A stretch of DNA of 24,000 nucleotides. It comes from Actinomycetota bacterium (GTDB lineage: Bacteria; Actinomycetota; Actinomycetes; Mycobacteriales; Micromonosporaceae). The translations under genes were made by a program, and so were the position numbers. Position 1 is the first letter of the stretch; every line of letters begins with the position of its first letter. Below, piece by piece: positions 7,183 to 16,257 of the stretch. The stretch is from positions 100,192-124,191 of the forward strand of contig VAWN01000043.1 of NCBI GenBank assembly GCA_005885555.1, in the 5' to 3' direction. The notes under the pieces are model-generated. The model was not told where the DNA came from. It did no database searches and worked only from the letters and a program-made list of their open reading frames with translations.

Positions 7183-10016
7183 GTACCCCGCCCGGGATGG
7201 CGAGACCGGTCGGCGCCGCGGCGGCACTGGCCCGGTACCGGCTCGCCGACCCGGGGCGGGCGCACCAACTGCTGCGCGCGCTGGCGCTGTGGGACGGCAC
7301 CCCGGCCGATCCGGGCGCCGAGGCGATCCTCGACGCGCTCGGCCGCACCGCCGACCCGGACCTCGCGCTGCGCCAGCTGCACCGGCTCGCCGAGGGCGAC
7401 GAGGACCTGCTGTTCCGGCTGCGGGTCAACCCGAGCCTGCGCGCGCGGTTGCTGGCGGTGCTCGGCGCATCCGACGCGCTCGGCGACCATCTGGTCGCCA
7501 ACCCGGGGGAGTGGCGGACGCTGGCCGCGCCGAACGGGTACGCGCTGCGGTTCGACGGTTCGACCGTGCCGCGGCTGCGGATCGCCTACCGGCGCAGCCT
7601 GTTGCGCGTCGCCGCCGGCGACCTGACCGGGGCGCTGGACGTGGAGCAGACCATGACCGCGCTGTCCGCACTCGCCGACGCCACGCTGGCGGCCGCGTTC
7701 GAGCTGGCCGGCGGCGACGGTACCGGCCTGGCCGTCATCGCGATGGGAAAGTGCGGCGGCAACGAGCTGAACTACGTGTCCGACGTGGACGTCATCTTCG
7801 TCGCCCGCGCCGACGAGCACCTCGACGTGGGTACCCGGGTCGCCGCGCGGCTGATGGAGATCTGCGGCCAGGTCGCCTGGCCGGTCGACGCCGCGCTGCG
7901 TCCGGAGGGCAGCCGCGGTGCGCTGGTCCGGACGCTGGCCAGCCATCTGGCGTACTACACGAAGTGGGCGCGCACGTGGGAGTTCCAGGCGCTGCTCAAG
8001 GCCCGCCCGGCGGCCGGGGATCTCAATTTGGGACGCGAGTGGCTGGAAGCGTTGCAGCCACTCATCTGGCACGCGGCCGAGCGGCCCGAGGCGGTACCCG
8101 ACATCCGCGCCATGCGCCAGCGGATCGTCGAGGCGGTACCCCGTGCCGAGCGCGACCGGGAGATCAAACGCGGTCCGGGCGGCTTGCGGGATATCGAGTT
8201 CGCCGTGCAGCTGCTGCAGCTCGTGCACGGCCGTGCCGACGAGTCGCTGCGCTCACCGTCCACATTGGACGCTCTGCGCGCGCTCTCACATGGTGGATAC
8301 GTGGGACGCGCCGCCGGAGAGGCACTCGACCGCGCGTACCAGTTCCTGCGTACCGTCGAGCACCGGCTGCAGTTGCAGAAGCTGCGCCGCACGCATCTGG
8401 TACCGGCCGACCCGGAGGGCCAGCGGTGGCTCGCCCACGCGCTGGGGTACCGCGCCGGCAGCGGCCAGGACGCCGTCGAGCGCTTCCGTGCCGACTGGCT
8501 CGCGATGGCCACGGAGGTCCGGCGGCTGCACGCCAAGCTGCTGTACCGTCCGCTGCTTGACGCGGTGGCCCGGGTACCCGGTGACGACCTGCGACTGACC
8601 CCGGATGCGGCCCGGCTGCGGTTGGAGGCGCTGGGGTACGCCGATCCGGCCGGTGCGCTGCGCCACATCGAGGCGCTCACCGGTGGCGTGTCGCGAACCG
8701 CGGCGATCCAACGGCAGTTGCTGCCGGTACTGCTGTCCGAGTTCGCCGACGCACCCGAGCCGGACCGCGGGCTGCTCGCCTACCGCCAGGTTTCCGAGAA
8801 GCTCGGCGCGACACCCTGGTACCTGCGACTGCTGCGCGACGAGGGACCGGTGGCGCTGCGCCTGTCCCGGCTGCTGGGCCTGTCCCGGTATGTCACCGAC
8901 CTGCTCGCCCGCGACCCGGAAGCGTTGCGGCTGCTGGCCGACGACGCGGAGCTGGCACCCCGCCCGCGGGAGACGCTGCGCGACGGGTTCGCCGCGGCGG
9001 CGGCGCGGCACGGCGACCCGGTGGCCGCGATCGCGGCGGTCCGCGCGCTGCGCCGCCGGGAGCTGTTCCGCATCGCGTGCGCCGACCTGCTCGGGCTGGT
9101 CGAGCTGACGGCGGTCGGCGGCGCGCTCGCCGACGTCACCGACGCGACGCTCGCCGCGGCGCTGGCCGTCACGAACCGCACCGGGTTGCCGTTCACCATC
9201 ATCGGCGTGGGACGGCTCGGCGGGTACGAGGTGAGCTATTCGTCCGACGCCGACGTGCTTTTCGTGTACGACGGGGACCGCGGTTCGGCCGCGCATGAGG
9301 TCGCCGAGGAGCTGCGCCGGCTGCTCGCCGCGCCCGCGCCGGATCCGCCGCTGGGCGTGGACGCGGACCTGCGCCCGGAGGGCCGGCAGGGGCCGCTGGT
9401 GCGCAGTCTCGCCGCGTACACGCAGTACTACGACCGCTGGGCGCACGTGTGGGAGGCGCAGGCGTTGCTGCGGGCGCGGTACGTCGCCGGGGATGCCGCG
9501 CTCGCGCAGCGGTTCCTGGAACTGGCCGGCCGGATCCGGTACCCGGCCGGTGGGCTCACCCGTGAACAGGTCACCGAGATCCGGCGCATCAAGGCCCGGG
9601 TGGACAGCGAGCGGCTGCCCCGCGGTGCGGATCCGGCGTTGCACGCGAAGCTGGGCCGGGGCGGGCTGGCCGACATCGAGTGGACGGTACAGCTGCTGCA
9701 GTTGCGCTACGGCGACCAGGTACCGGAGCTGCGCACCACGCGGACCCTGCCGGCTCTGGAGGCCGCGCGCCGCGCGGAGCTGGTCGACGGCGCCGACGCG
9801 CTGGCCCTGTCCCGGGCGTGGACCCTGGCCAGCCGGGTGCGTAACGCGCTGATGCTGGTGCGCGGGCGGCCCACCGACGAGCTGCCCCGGCACGGTCCGG
9901 AACTGGCCGGCGTGGTACGGATCCTGCGCGCACCCGAGGCCGGTGCGTTCGTCGACGACTACCTGCGCACCGCACGCCGCGCCCGCCAGGTCTTCGAGCG
10001 CCTCTTCGGCGGCTGA
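7179..10016 (+). CDS. glnE: bifunctional [glutamine synthetase] adenylyltransferase / adenylyl-removing enzyme
   Basis: 945 aa with two nucleotidyltransferase halves ('GKCGGNELNYVSDVDVIFV' and 'GRLGGYEVSYSSDADVLFV'), each followed by a 'D..LRPEG..G.LV' GlnE repeat. ATG at 7179 (alternative 7197). Confidence 0.93.
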   Translation: MSTPPGMARPVGAAAALARYRLADPGRAHQLLRALALWDGTPADPGAEAILDALGRTADPDLALRQLHRLAEGDEDLLFRLRVNPSLRARLLAVLGASDALGDHLVANPGEWRTLAAPNGYALRFDGSTVPRLRIAYRRSLLRVAAGDLTGALDVEQTMTALSALADATLAAAFELAGGDGTGLAVIAMGKCGGNELNYVSDVDVIFVARADEHLDVGTRVAARLMEICGQVAWPVDAALRPEGSRGALVRTLASHLAYYTKWARTWEFQALLKARPAAGDLNLGREWLEALQPLIWHAAERPEAVPDIRAMRQRIVEAVPRAERDREIKRGPGGLRDIEFAVQLLQLVHGRADESLRSPSTLDALRALSHGGYVGRAAGEALDRAYQFLRTVEHRLQLQKLRRTHLVPADPEGQRWLAHALGYRAGSGQDAVERFRADWLAMATEVRRLHAKLLYRPLLDAVARVPGDDLRLTPDAARLRLEALGYADPAGALRHIEALTGGVSRTAAIQRQLLPVLLSEFADAPEPDRGLLAYRQVSEKLGATPWYLRLLRDEGPVALRLSRLLGLSRYVTDLLARDPEALRLLADDAELAPRPRETLRDGFAAAAARHGDPVAAIAAVRALRRRELFRIACADLLGLVELTAVGGALADVTDATLAAALAVTNRTGLPFTIIGVGRLGGYEVSYSSDADVLFVYDGDRGSAAHEVAEELRRLLAAPAPDPPLGVDADLRPEGRQGPLVRSLAAYTQYYDRWAHVWEAQALLRARYVAGDAALAQRFLELAGRIRYPAGGLTREQVTEIRRIKARVDSERLPRGADPALHAKLGRGGLADIEWTVQLLQLRYGDQVPELRTTRTLPALEAARRAELVDGADALALSRAWTLASRVRNALMLVRGRPTDELPRHGPELAGVVRILRAPEAGAFVDDYLRTARRARQVFERLFGG

Positions 10017-10052
10017 GCGCGCCTGTCCGGCGGCTGAGCGCGCCTGTCCGGC
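10011..10052. repeat. perfect 2 x 21-bp tandem duplication spanning the glnE stop codon
   Basis: GGCTGAGCGCGCCTGTCCGGC occurs at 10011..10031 and again at 10032..10052. The unit is 7 codons long, in frame, and each copy carries TGA. Confidence 0.95.
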
Positions 10053-10059
10053 GGCCGGC

Positions 10060-10785
10060 TCACCGGTTGAACGTGGGCTGCCAGCCCAGCACCGCCCGCG
10101 CCTTCTCGACGCTCCACAGCCCGGCGGACCGGTCACCGGCGATGGTGAACGCCTGGCAACCGTCGCGGTGGTCGAGCGCGGCGAGCACCGCCCGGCCAAG
10201 GTCGCTCGCCGCGGTCGCGTCGATCGGTGTGCCGTCGTCGGCGTACCGCTGGATGTGCTCCCCGTGGGCGTTCCACTTCGGCCACACCTCGTCGGGCGTG
10301 GGGAACGCCAGGCGCAGCATGTTCACCGTCATGCCCCACGTCTCGTAGGCCGCCCGGCACACCTCCTCACCGAGCCGCTTGCTGAGGCCGTACACGTCGA
10401 CGGCGTCCGGCGGGTCGGCCTCGGTCACCCGGCGCGCGAACAGGTTGCGGTACACCGACAGGCTGCTGATGTGCACGGCGTGTGTCACCCCCGCGTCGTG
10501 TGCGGCGCGCAGCGTCACGTGTACCGACACCACGTTCACCTCGAACGCATCCGTTGCGCCGCCGGGGGAGTCGACGTCGAGGTCGCCCATCGCGCAATGC
10601 AGCACGGCGTCGCACCCGTCGACCGCGCGCCGGGCGGTGTCGTAGTCTGTCGCGCTGCCGACCACGTGGTCGATCCCGTCGGCGGGCGGGCGCCGGTCCA
10701 GTACCCGCACCGCATGCCGCCCGGTCAGCTGCGGCCGGACAAGGCCCGCCACGTTACCCGCCCCGCCGACGATGAGTACCCGCAT
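10060..10785 (-). CDS. NAD(P)-dependent epimerase/dehydratase-family (SDR) protein
   Basis: 'MRVLIVGGAGNVAG' is a Rossmann GxxGxxG motif and 'YGLSK' is the YxxxK catalytic motif. ATG at 10785 lies inside ORF 10060..10929. It starts 7 nt after the upstream acylase stop, so an operon is likely. Confidence 0.8.
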   Translation of the reverse strand: MRVLIVGGAGNVAGLVRPQLTGRHAVRVLDRRPPADGIDHVVGSATDYDTARRAVDGCDAVLHCAMGDLDVDSPGGATDAFEVNVVSVHVTLRAAHDAGVTHAVHISSLSVYRNLFARRVTEADPPDAVDVYGLSKRLGEEVCRAAYETWGMTVNMLRLAFPTPDEVWPKWNAHGEHIQRYADDGTPIDATAASDLGRAVLAALDHRDGCQAFTIAGDRSAGLWSVEKARAVLGWQPTFNR

Positions 10786-10792
10786 GGCGCTC

Positions 10793-13225
10793 CTATGGTT
10801 GCAGGACAAGGGTGTCGGTCGAGGCGGCCCGGACCGCCGCCGCGCTCCACCGCATCGGCAGCAGCTGCCCGGTGCGCCACAGGTCGAACTGGTCGCGGTA
10901 GTGGTCGGTGAACGGGTGCCCCGACTCACCGGTCAGCTGCACCCAGCGCGAACCGTCCAGATTGGACAGATCGACGACCATCCGCATCGACGGTACCGCG
11001 TCGACGCCGTACCCGGCCGACGGGTTCCAGCCGGTGGCGTCCACAATGGACGATCCACCGGACACCGCGACCGGCCCGTAGTTGAACAGCCATTCCACCG
11101 GCCCCACGCCGGACGTGCCGAAGCTGGCGTTGCGCAGGGTCAGCGTGTGCAGCCGGCCCCACCGCCAGGTACCCGGATCCTTGCCCAGCTTCGCGGTCAG
11201 CTCGTCGGCCGCGTCGTTCATCGCCGCGGTGACGATGTCGTCGCGGGTCTCCACCTTCGGCGTGGACCGGTCGTCCCACCACGGCGAGTTCTCCTGGTTC
11301 AGCAGCCGCAGCAGGACGAACCACCAGCGGTCGCCGCCCTCCGGCCGGTACCCGTCGGGCAGTTCGTCGAAGGTGCGCGCGAGCAGGTGCCGGTACACCG
11401 CGTTGAAGTACGCCGCCGCGGCCGAACTGTGCGCCTGCGGGCTGCCGGCCGGCCCGTCGGCCGGTTGCTGGAAGTCCCAGCCGGTCAACAGGTCCACGGC
11501 CTTCGCCGGTACCGGCTCGTTCAGCAGGCCCGGCACGATCTGTCCGGCGAAGCCGTTGAAGTTGTCGAACTGCATGCGCTGCACGGCGTCGACGGTCAGC
11601 TTTCCGCCGTTCCTCGTGGCAGTGTCGATGAGGTCGGCGATGCGGCTGCTGCGGTACCCGTAGGCCCAGTCGTTGGTGAGCAGGTACGGGTACTTCCGCT
11701 CGTCGACGACGGCCTGGTTCGCGGTGACCAGGTAACCGCCCGGCGGGTCGTACACCGACGGCAGCGCGTCGAACGGGACAAAGGACTTCCAGTCGTACCC
11801 GGAGTCCCAGCCCGGTGCCGGCCAGCGCCCGTCGCCCTTGCCGCGCACCGGTACCCGCCCCGGCGCCTGGTACCCGATGTTGCCGTCCACGTCGGCGTAG
11901 GTCATGTTCTGCGCGGGTACGTCGAACAGCCGCGCGGCTGCCCGGAACTGCGCCCAGTCGCCGGCCCGGTCGAGGGCGAACAGCGCGTCCATGGTGTGGC
12001 CGGGATCCAGCGCGGTCCACCGCAGCGCGACGGCGTACCCGTTGCCCGCCCGGCTCAACTGGCTGGACGCGTCGGACAGCAGTGGCCCGTTGTTCGTGCT
12101 GCGGATCGTCAGCTGCACCGGGTCGCCGCCGGCCACCGTGATGGTCTCGTGCCGTACCGCGAGCGGCCGCCACTGCCCGTCCACCTGGTACCGGTCGCCG
12201 TCCACCTTCTCCAGGTACAGGTCTGTGACGTCCGGGTTGAGGTTGGTGAAGCCCCAGGCGATGCGCGCGTTGTGCCCGATGACCACGCCGGGCATCCCGG
12301 AGAACGTGAACCCCTCCACGTCGTATCCGCAGTCGCAGTGCAGGCCCATCTGGTACCAGATCCCGGGCATCGACGGGGACAGGTGCGGGTCGTTGGCGAG
12401 GATCGGCTTACCGGTCGCGGTCAGCGCCCCGGACACGACCCAGCTGTTGGATCCGATCCCGGGCAGGTCGGCGGCTTCCCCGATCCCGCCTTCCACCGCG
12501 GCGGCCGTGAACACTCCATTGTGGACAGTCCCACCGTCCACAATGGGCGGATGCAACGCGTACGGGTACTGCGGGTACAGGTCCTCGATCCGTTGCCGGG
12601 GCAGGCCGGAGGCGAGCAGGACCGCCCGGGTGGTCTCGTCGACCATGTTGCCACGCAGGTCCCACGCCATCGCCTTGAGCCAGGCGAGGCTGTCGATCGG
12701 ATCCCACGGCGCGATCCGGTACCCGCCGTTGGACAGCCCCAGCAACGCGAACTCCAGGCCGGCCGCCGGACCGGAGTGCTCGTGCAGCCAGGCGTTCACA
12801 CCGGTCGCGTAGTCCTGCAGGTACCGCCGGGTCTGCGGGGCGAGGATGAGCCATTCCTGTTCAGCGACGCGGCGCCAGCCCATCGTGCGAAGGTACCGGT
12901 CGGTCTGCACCTGGGCCCTGCCGAACAGCTCGGCGAGCCGGCCGGCGGTCAGGTGCCGGCGGAAGTCCATCTCCCAGAACCGTTCCTGCGCGTGCACGTA
13001 CCCCTGCGCGGTGAACAGGTCGTCGGCGCTGTGCGCGTACACCTGCGGGATGGCCTGCGCGTCGCGGTACACGGTGACCGGTGCCGACAGCCCCGCCAGC
13101 CGCAGCTGCCCGTCGTAGACCGGAAACGCCGAGCGTACCGTCCACACCGCGCCCACGAGCGCGACCAGCGCCAGCGTCACGACGGACACGCCGGCCCACA
13201 GAGCGATCCGCCGCCAGCGCGCCAC
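10793..13225 (-). CDS. penicillin-acylase-family Ntn hydrolase (S45; possible acyl-homoserine-lactone/antibiotic acylase)
   Basis: 810 aa with an N-terminal TM/signal anchor. Has 'DDLFTAQGYVHAQERFWEMDFRR', and 'GSNSWVVSG' is the autoprocessing Ser nucleophile motif. GTG start at 13225. Confidence 0.88.
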   Translation of the reverse strand: MARWRRIALWAGVSVVTLALVALVGAVWTVRSAFPVYDGQLRLAGLSAPVTVYRDAQAIPQVYAHSADDLFTAQGYVHAQERFWEMDFRRHLTAGRLAELFGRAQVQTDRYLRTMGWRRVAEQEWLILAPQTRRYLQDYATGVNAWLHEHSGPAAGLEFALLGLSNGGYRIAPWDPIDSLAWLKAMAWDLRGNMVDETTRAVLLASGLPRQRIEDLYPQYPYALHPPIVDGGTVHNGVFTAAAVEGGIGEAADLPGIGSNSWVVSGALTATGKPILANDPHLSPSMPGIWYQMGLHCDCGYDVEGFTFSGMPGVVIGHNARIAWGFTNLNPDVTDLYLEKVDGDRYQVDGQWRPLAVRHETITVAGGDPVQLTIRSTNNGPLLSDASSQLSRAGNGYAVALRWTALDPGHTMDALFALDRAGDWAQFRAAARLFDVPAQNMTYADVDGNIGYQAPGRVPVRGKGDGRWPAPGWDSGYDWKSFVPFDALPSVYDPPGGYLVTANQAVVDERKYPYLLTNDWAYGYRSSRIADLIDTATRNGGKLTVDAVQRMQFDNFNGFAGQIVPGLLNEPVPAKAVDLLTGWDFQQPADGPAGSPQAHSSAAAAYFNAVYRHLLARTFDELPDGYRPEGGDRWWFVLLRLLNQENSPWWDDRSTPKVETRDDIVTAAMNDAADELTAKLGKDPGTWRWGRLHTLTLRNASFGTSGVGPVEWLFNYGPVAVSGGSSIVDATGWNPSAGYGVDAVPSMRMVVDLSNLDGSRWVQLTGESGHPFTDHYRDQFDLWRTGQLLPMRWSAAAVRAASTDTLVLQP

Positions 13226-13269
13226 GCGGAGATCCTATCCGGACAACCGGCCGACGGGGTTGCGCCGGT

Positions 13270-13475
13270 TCAGCCGCTCGGCTCCTCGTCGGGATCCCCA
13301 CTCCACCCTGCCCTGCGGCGCAGCTGCTCGGCGATCTGCTCGGGCCGCGACGCAGGTCGGCCAGGCGTACCCGCGCGTGCGCAGCCCGCTCCCGCGCCTG
13401 AGCGGCACGGTCGTGGGCCTCGGCGGCCCGGCGGAAGAGCCGCTCACGCTCCGGATGTTCGTCCGGCTCACTCAT
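13270..13475 (-). CDS. small hypothetical Arg/Ala/Glu-rich ORF, apparently frameshifted
   Basis: ATG at 13475 gives 'MSEPDEHPERERLFRRAAEAHDRAAQARERAAHARVRLADLRRG'. That frame then runs 360 nt into the acylase gene. The -1 frame continues 'PEQIAEQLRRRAGWSGDPDEEPSG*' and stops at 13270, 44 nt before the acylase start. The 206-nt length is not a multiple of 3. Confidence 0.3.
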
Positions 13476-13520
13476 GACCGCAGCATGCCACGGTGAACGC
13501 CCGGAGTCGCCCGGTCAGGT

Positions 13521-13575
13521 GGAACGGCGGTTACGCCGGTGTGGAGCCGGGCACGACCGCCGTCCGTCCGATCGG
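13521..13575 (+). repeat. 55-bp structured direct repeat, copy 1
   Basis: GGAACGGCGG...CCGCCGTCCGTCCGATCGG. It is 48/55 identical to 14109..14163. It contains the stem ACGGCGG/CCGCCGT. Weaker similarity extends about 13 nt upstream. Confidence 0.8.
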
Positions 13576-13684
13576 GAGGCACCATCGCGCGAGATCGCGC
13601 AGACCGGCCCGGTCGCTCCGGCACGCCGCACCCCGCACACGTTCCGGTCCAAGCCGGCGGCAGGCTCGGCGGTAGATTCCTCGC

Positions 13685-14050
13685 GTGCGACGCGAGACCC
13701 TCTGTCTACGGATCGGGTGGATCTGCCTGCTTGTCGTCGGGGCCGGCATCCTCACCTTCGGCCTGGTCGCGGTGGCGGTGCCGGCATCGGGCAACCAGAA
13801 GCTTCTGGTAGCTGACGGCGTGGCCTCGATCGGCTTGGGGCTGTTCGGCGTGCTGATCGCGGTGATCCCGTTTCGACGCCGCGAACGGTGGGCCTGGTTC
13901 GCGCTCTGGTTCTATCCGGCCTTCTGGATGGTGCATCTGGTCGGCCGGTTGCCGCCGGGCAGGGACCACGTCCACCAGATCGCATTCATCATGCTGTCGC
14001 TGGCGGGACTGCTGGTGCCCATCCGCCTGTTCTTCGCGCGCGGCGGCTGA
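13685..14050 (+). CDS. small integral membrane protein (about 4 TM helices, 121 aa), family unknown
   Basis: GTG start. Four hydrophobic stretches (LRIGWICLLVVGAGILTFGLVAVAV / VASIGLGLFGVLIAVIPF / WAWFALWFYPAFWMVHLV / IAFIMLSLAGLLVPIRLFF). Third codon positions are mostly G/C. Confidence 0.6.
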   Translation: MRRETLCLRIGWICLLVVGAGILTFGLVAVAVPASGNQKLLVADGVASIGLGLFGVLIAVIPFRRRERWAWFALWFYPAFWMVHLVGRLPPGRDHVHQIAFIMLSLAGLLVPIRLFFARGG

Positions 14051-14108
14051 GTGGCCGGAGGTGCTGGACCGGACCCGGGCGCGGGTGGACAACGCGCTCG
14101 GTCGACGG

Positions 14109-14163
14109 GGAACGGCGGCCACGCCGGCGCGGAGCCGGGCCTGACCGCCGTCCGTCCGACCGG
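14109..14163 (+). repeat. 55-bp structured direct repeat, copy 2
   Basis: Same unit as 13521..13575 in the same orientation. It ends 2 nt from the glnA1 stop codon. On the minus strand it forms nested stems (ACGGCGG/CCGCCGT and CCGGC/GCCGG), so it could be the glnA1 terminator. Confidence 0.8.
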
Positions 14164-14165
14164 CC

Positions 14166-15590
<1,425 letters not shown>

Positions 15591-15662
15591 CACGTCCTCC
15601 TGGTTGATCCACAGGTGGTCAGCGCCGATGCTGGATATTGGCCGCGACGCTATGACTATGGC

Positions 15663-15700
15663 ATTGCCCGAGCATGTCTCAATTGTTTCCGCCGTGTTAC
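15663..15700 (-). promoter_or_regulatory. candidate GlnR operator (four 5-mers at 11-nt phasing) upstream of glnA
   Basis: The minus strand reads GTAAC-n6-GAAAC-n6-GACAT-n6-GCAAT. The first pair matches the actinobacterial GlnR a-site/b-site consensus gTnAc-n6-GaAAc exactly. It lies about 75-110 nt upstream of the glnA start in the most AT-rich patch of the window. Confidence 0.5.
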
Positions 15701-15755
15701 GTCCCTGGCGGCCCACCTCGGGCCGGTCGCGGGTAGCCGGCTACGCTCGGTACCC

Positions 15756-16154
15756 GTGGCACAGCGTACGACCTCGTCCGGCGATCCGGCAGTTGCCGAC
15801 CTTCCGGCGAGCCTCGCGCGCCGCTTCGGGGCGGTGCTCGTCGACTGGCTCCTGTGCGTGCTCGCCGCCGGCCTGTTCGTCGATCCGCGACACGACCCGT
15901 GGGTCGCGCCGCTGGTACTGCTCGTCGAGTACACCGTGTTCCTCGGCTTCTTCGCGCAGACGCCGGGGATGCGGATGGCGCGGATCAGGTGCGTGGCGGT
16001 CGAGGACGGTGGCCGGCTCGGGGTGCTGCGGGCCGCGCTGCGCGGTGCGCTGCTCTGTCTTCTGGTACCCGCGCTGATCATGAAGGATGGTCGCGGCCTG
16101 CACGACCGCGCGGCCGGCTCCGTGGTCCTGGACGGCCACCCGGCGCGCGCCTGA
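15756..16154 (+). CDS. RDD-family membrane protein (Rv2219-like)
   Basis: 'LARRFGAVLVDWLLCVLAAGL' plus further TM segments and a C-terminal 'GLHDRAAGSVV' form the RDD-domain pattern. It is divergent from glnA, as in mycobacteria. GTG start at 15756, in frame with the tail of ORF 14193..16154. Confidence 0.75.
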   Translation: MAQRTTSSGDPAVADLPASLARRFGAVLVDWLLCVLAAGLFVDPRHDPWVAPLVLLVEYTVFLGFFAQTPGMRMARIRCVAVEDGGRLGVLRAALRGALLCLLVPALIMKDGRGLHDRAAGSVVLDGHPARA

Positions 16155-16175
16155 CCGCGCGCGCCCCCTCTCGCC

Positions 16176-16243
16176 GATCTTGGACTTATGGTGCCCGACT
16201 CGCGGAGCCGCGCGGCTTTTGTCGCCGACACAACTCCAAGATC
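16176..16243 (-). repeat. 68-bp palindrome-ended intergenic repeat, copy B (inverted relative to copy A)
   Basis: Its reverse complement matches 3419..3486 at 60/68 positions. The flanks extend the palindrome (GCGCCCCCTCTCG ... CGAGAAGGGGGGCGC, about 16158..16262). It sits between the convergent RDD and DUF4191 genes. Confidence 0.8.
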
Positions 16244-16257
16244 GACGAGAAGGGGGG

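Noticed and set aside
13495-13530. Similarity of CCCGGUCAGGUGGAACGGCGG to the core of the guanidine-III (ykkC-III) riboswitch as I remember it (…ACCCGGUCAGGACAAGACGGCGC), upstream of a small 4-TM protein.
   Set aside because: The upstream P2 strand needed for the pseudoknot is not evident; the complementary CCGCCGU lies downstream, giving a plain hairpin. The motif is about 155 nt from the start codon. A second copy sits where no plus-strand gene follows. The membrane protein lacks the SMR/Gdx signature (no TM1 Glu). Worth a cmsearch, but I do not call it.
13587-13600. 14-bp palindrome GCGCGAgaTCGCGC upstream of the small membrane-protein gene.
   Set aside because: Short GC-only palindromes are common at this GC content, and no second copy or positional logic supports a regulatory call.
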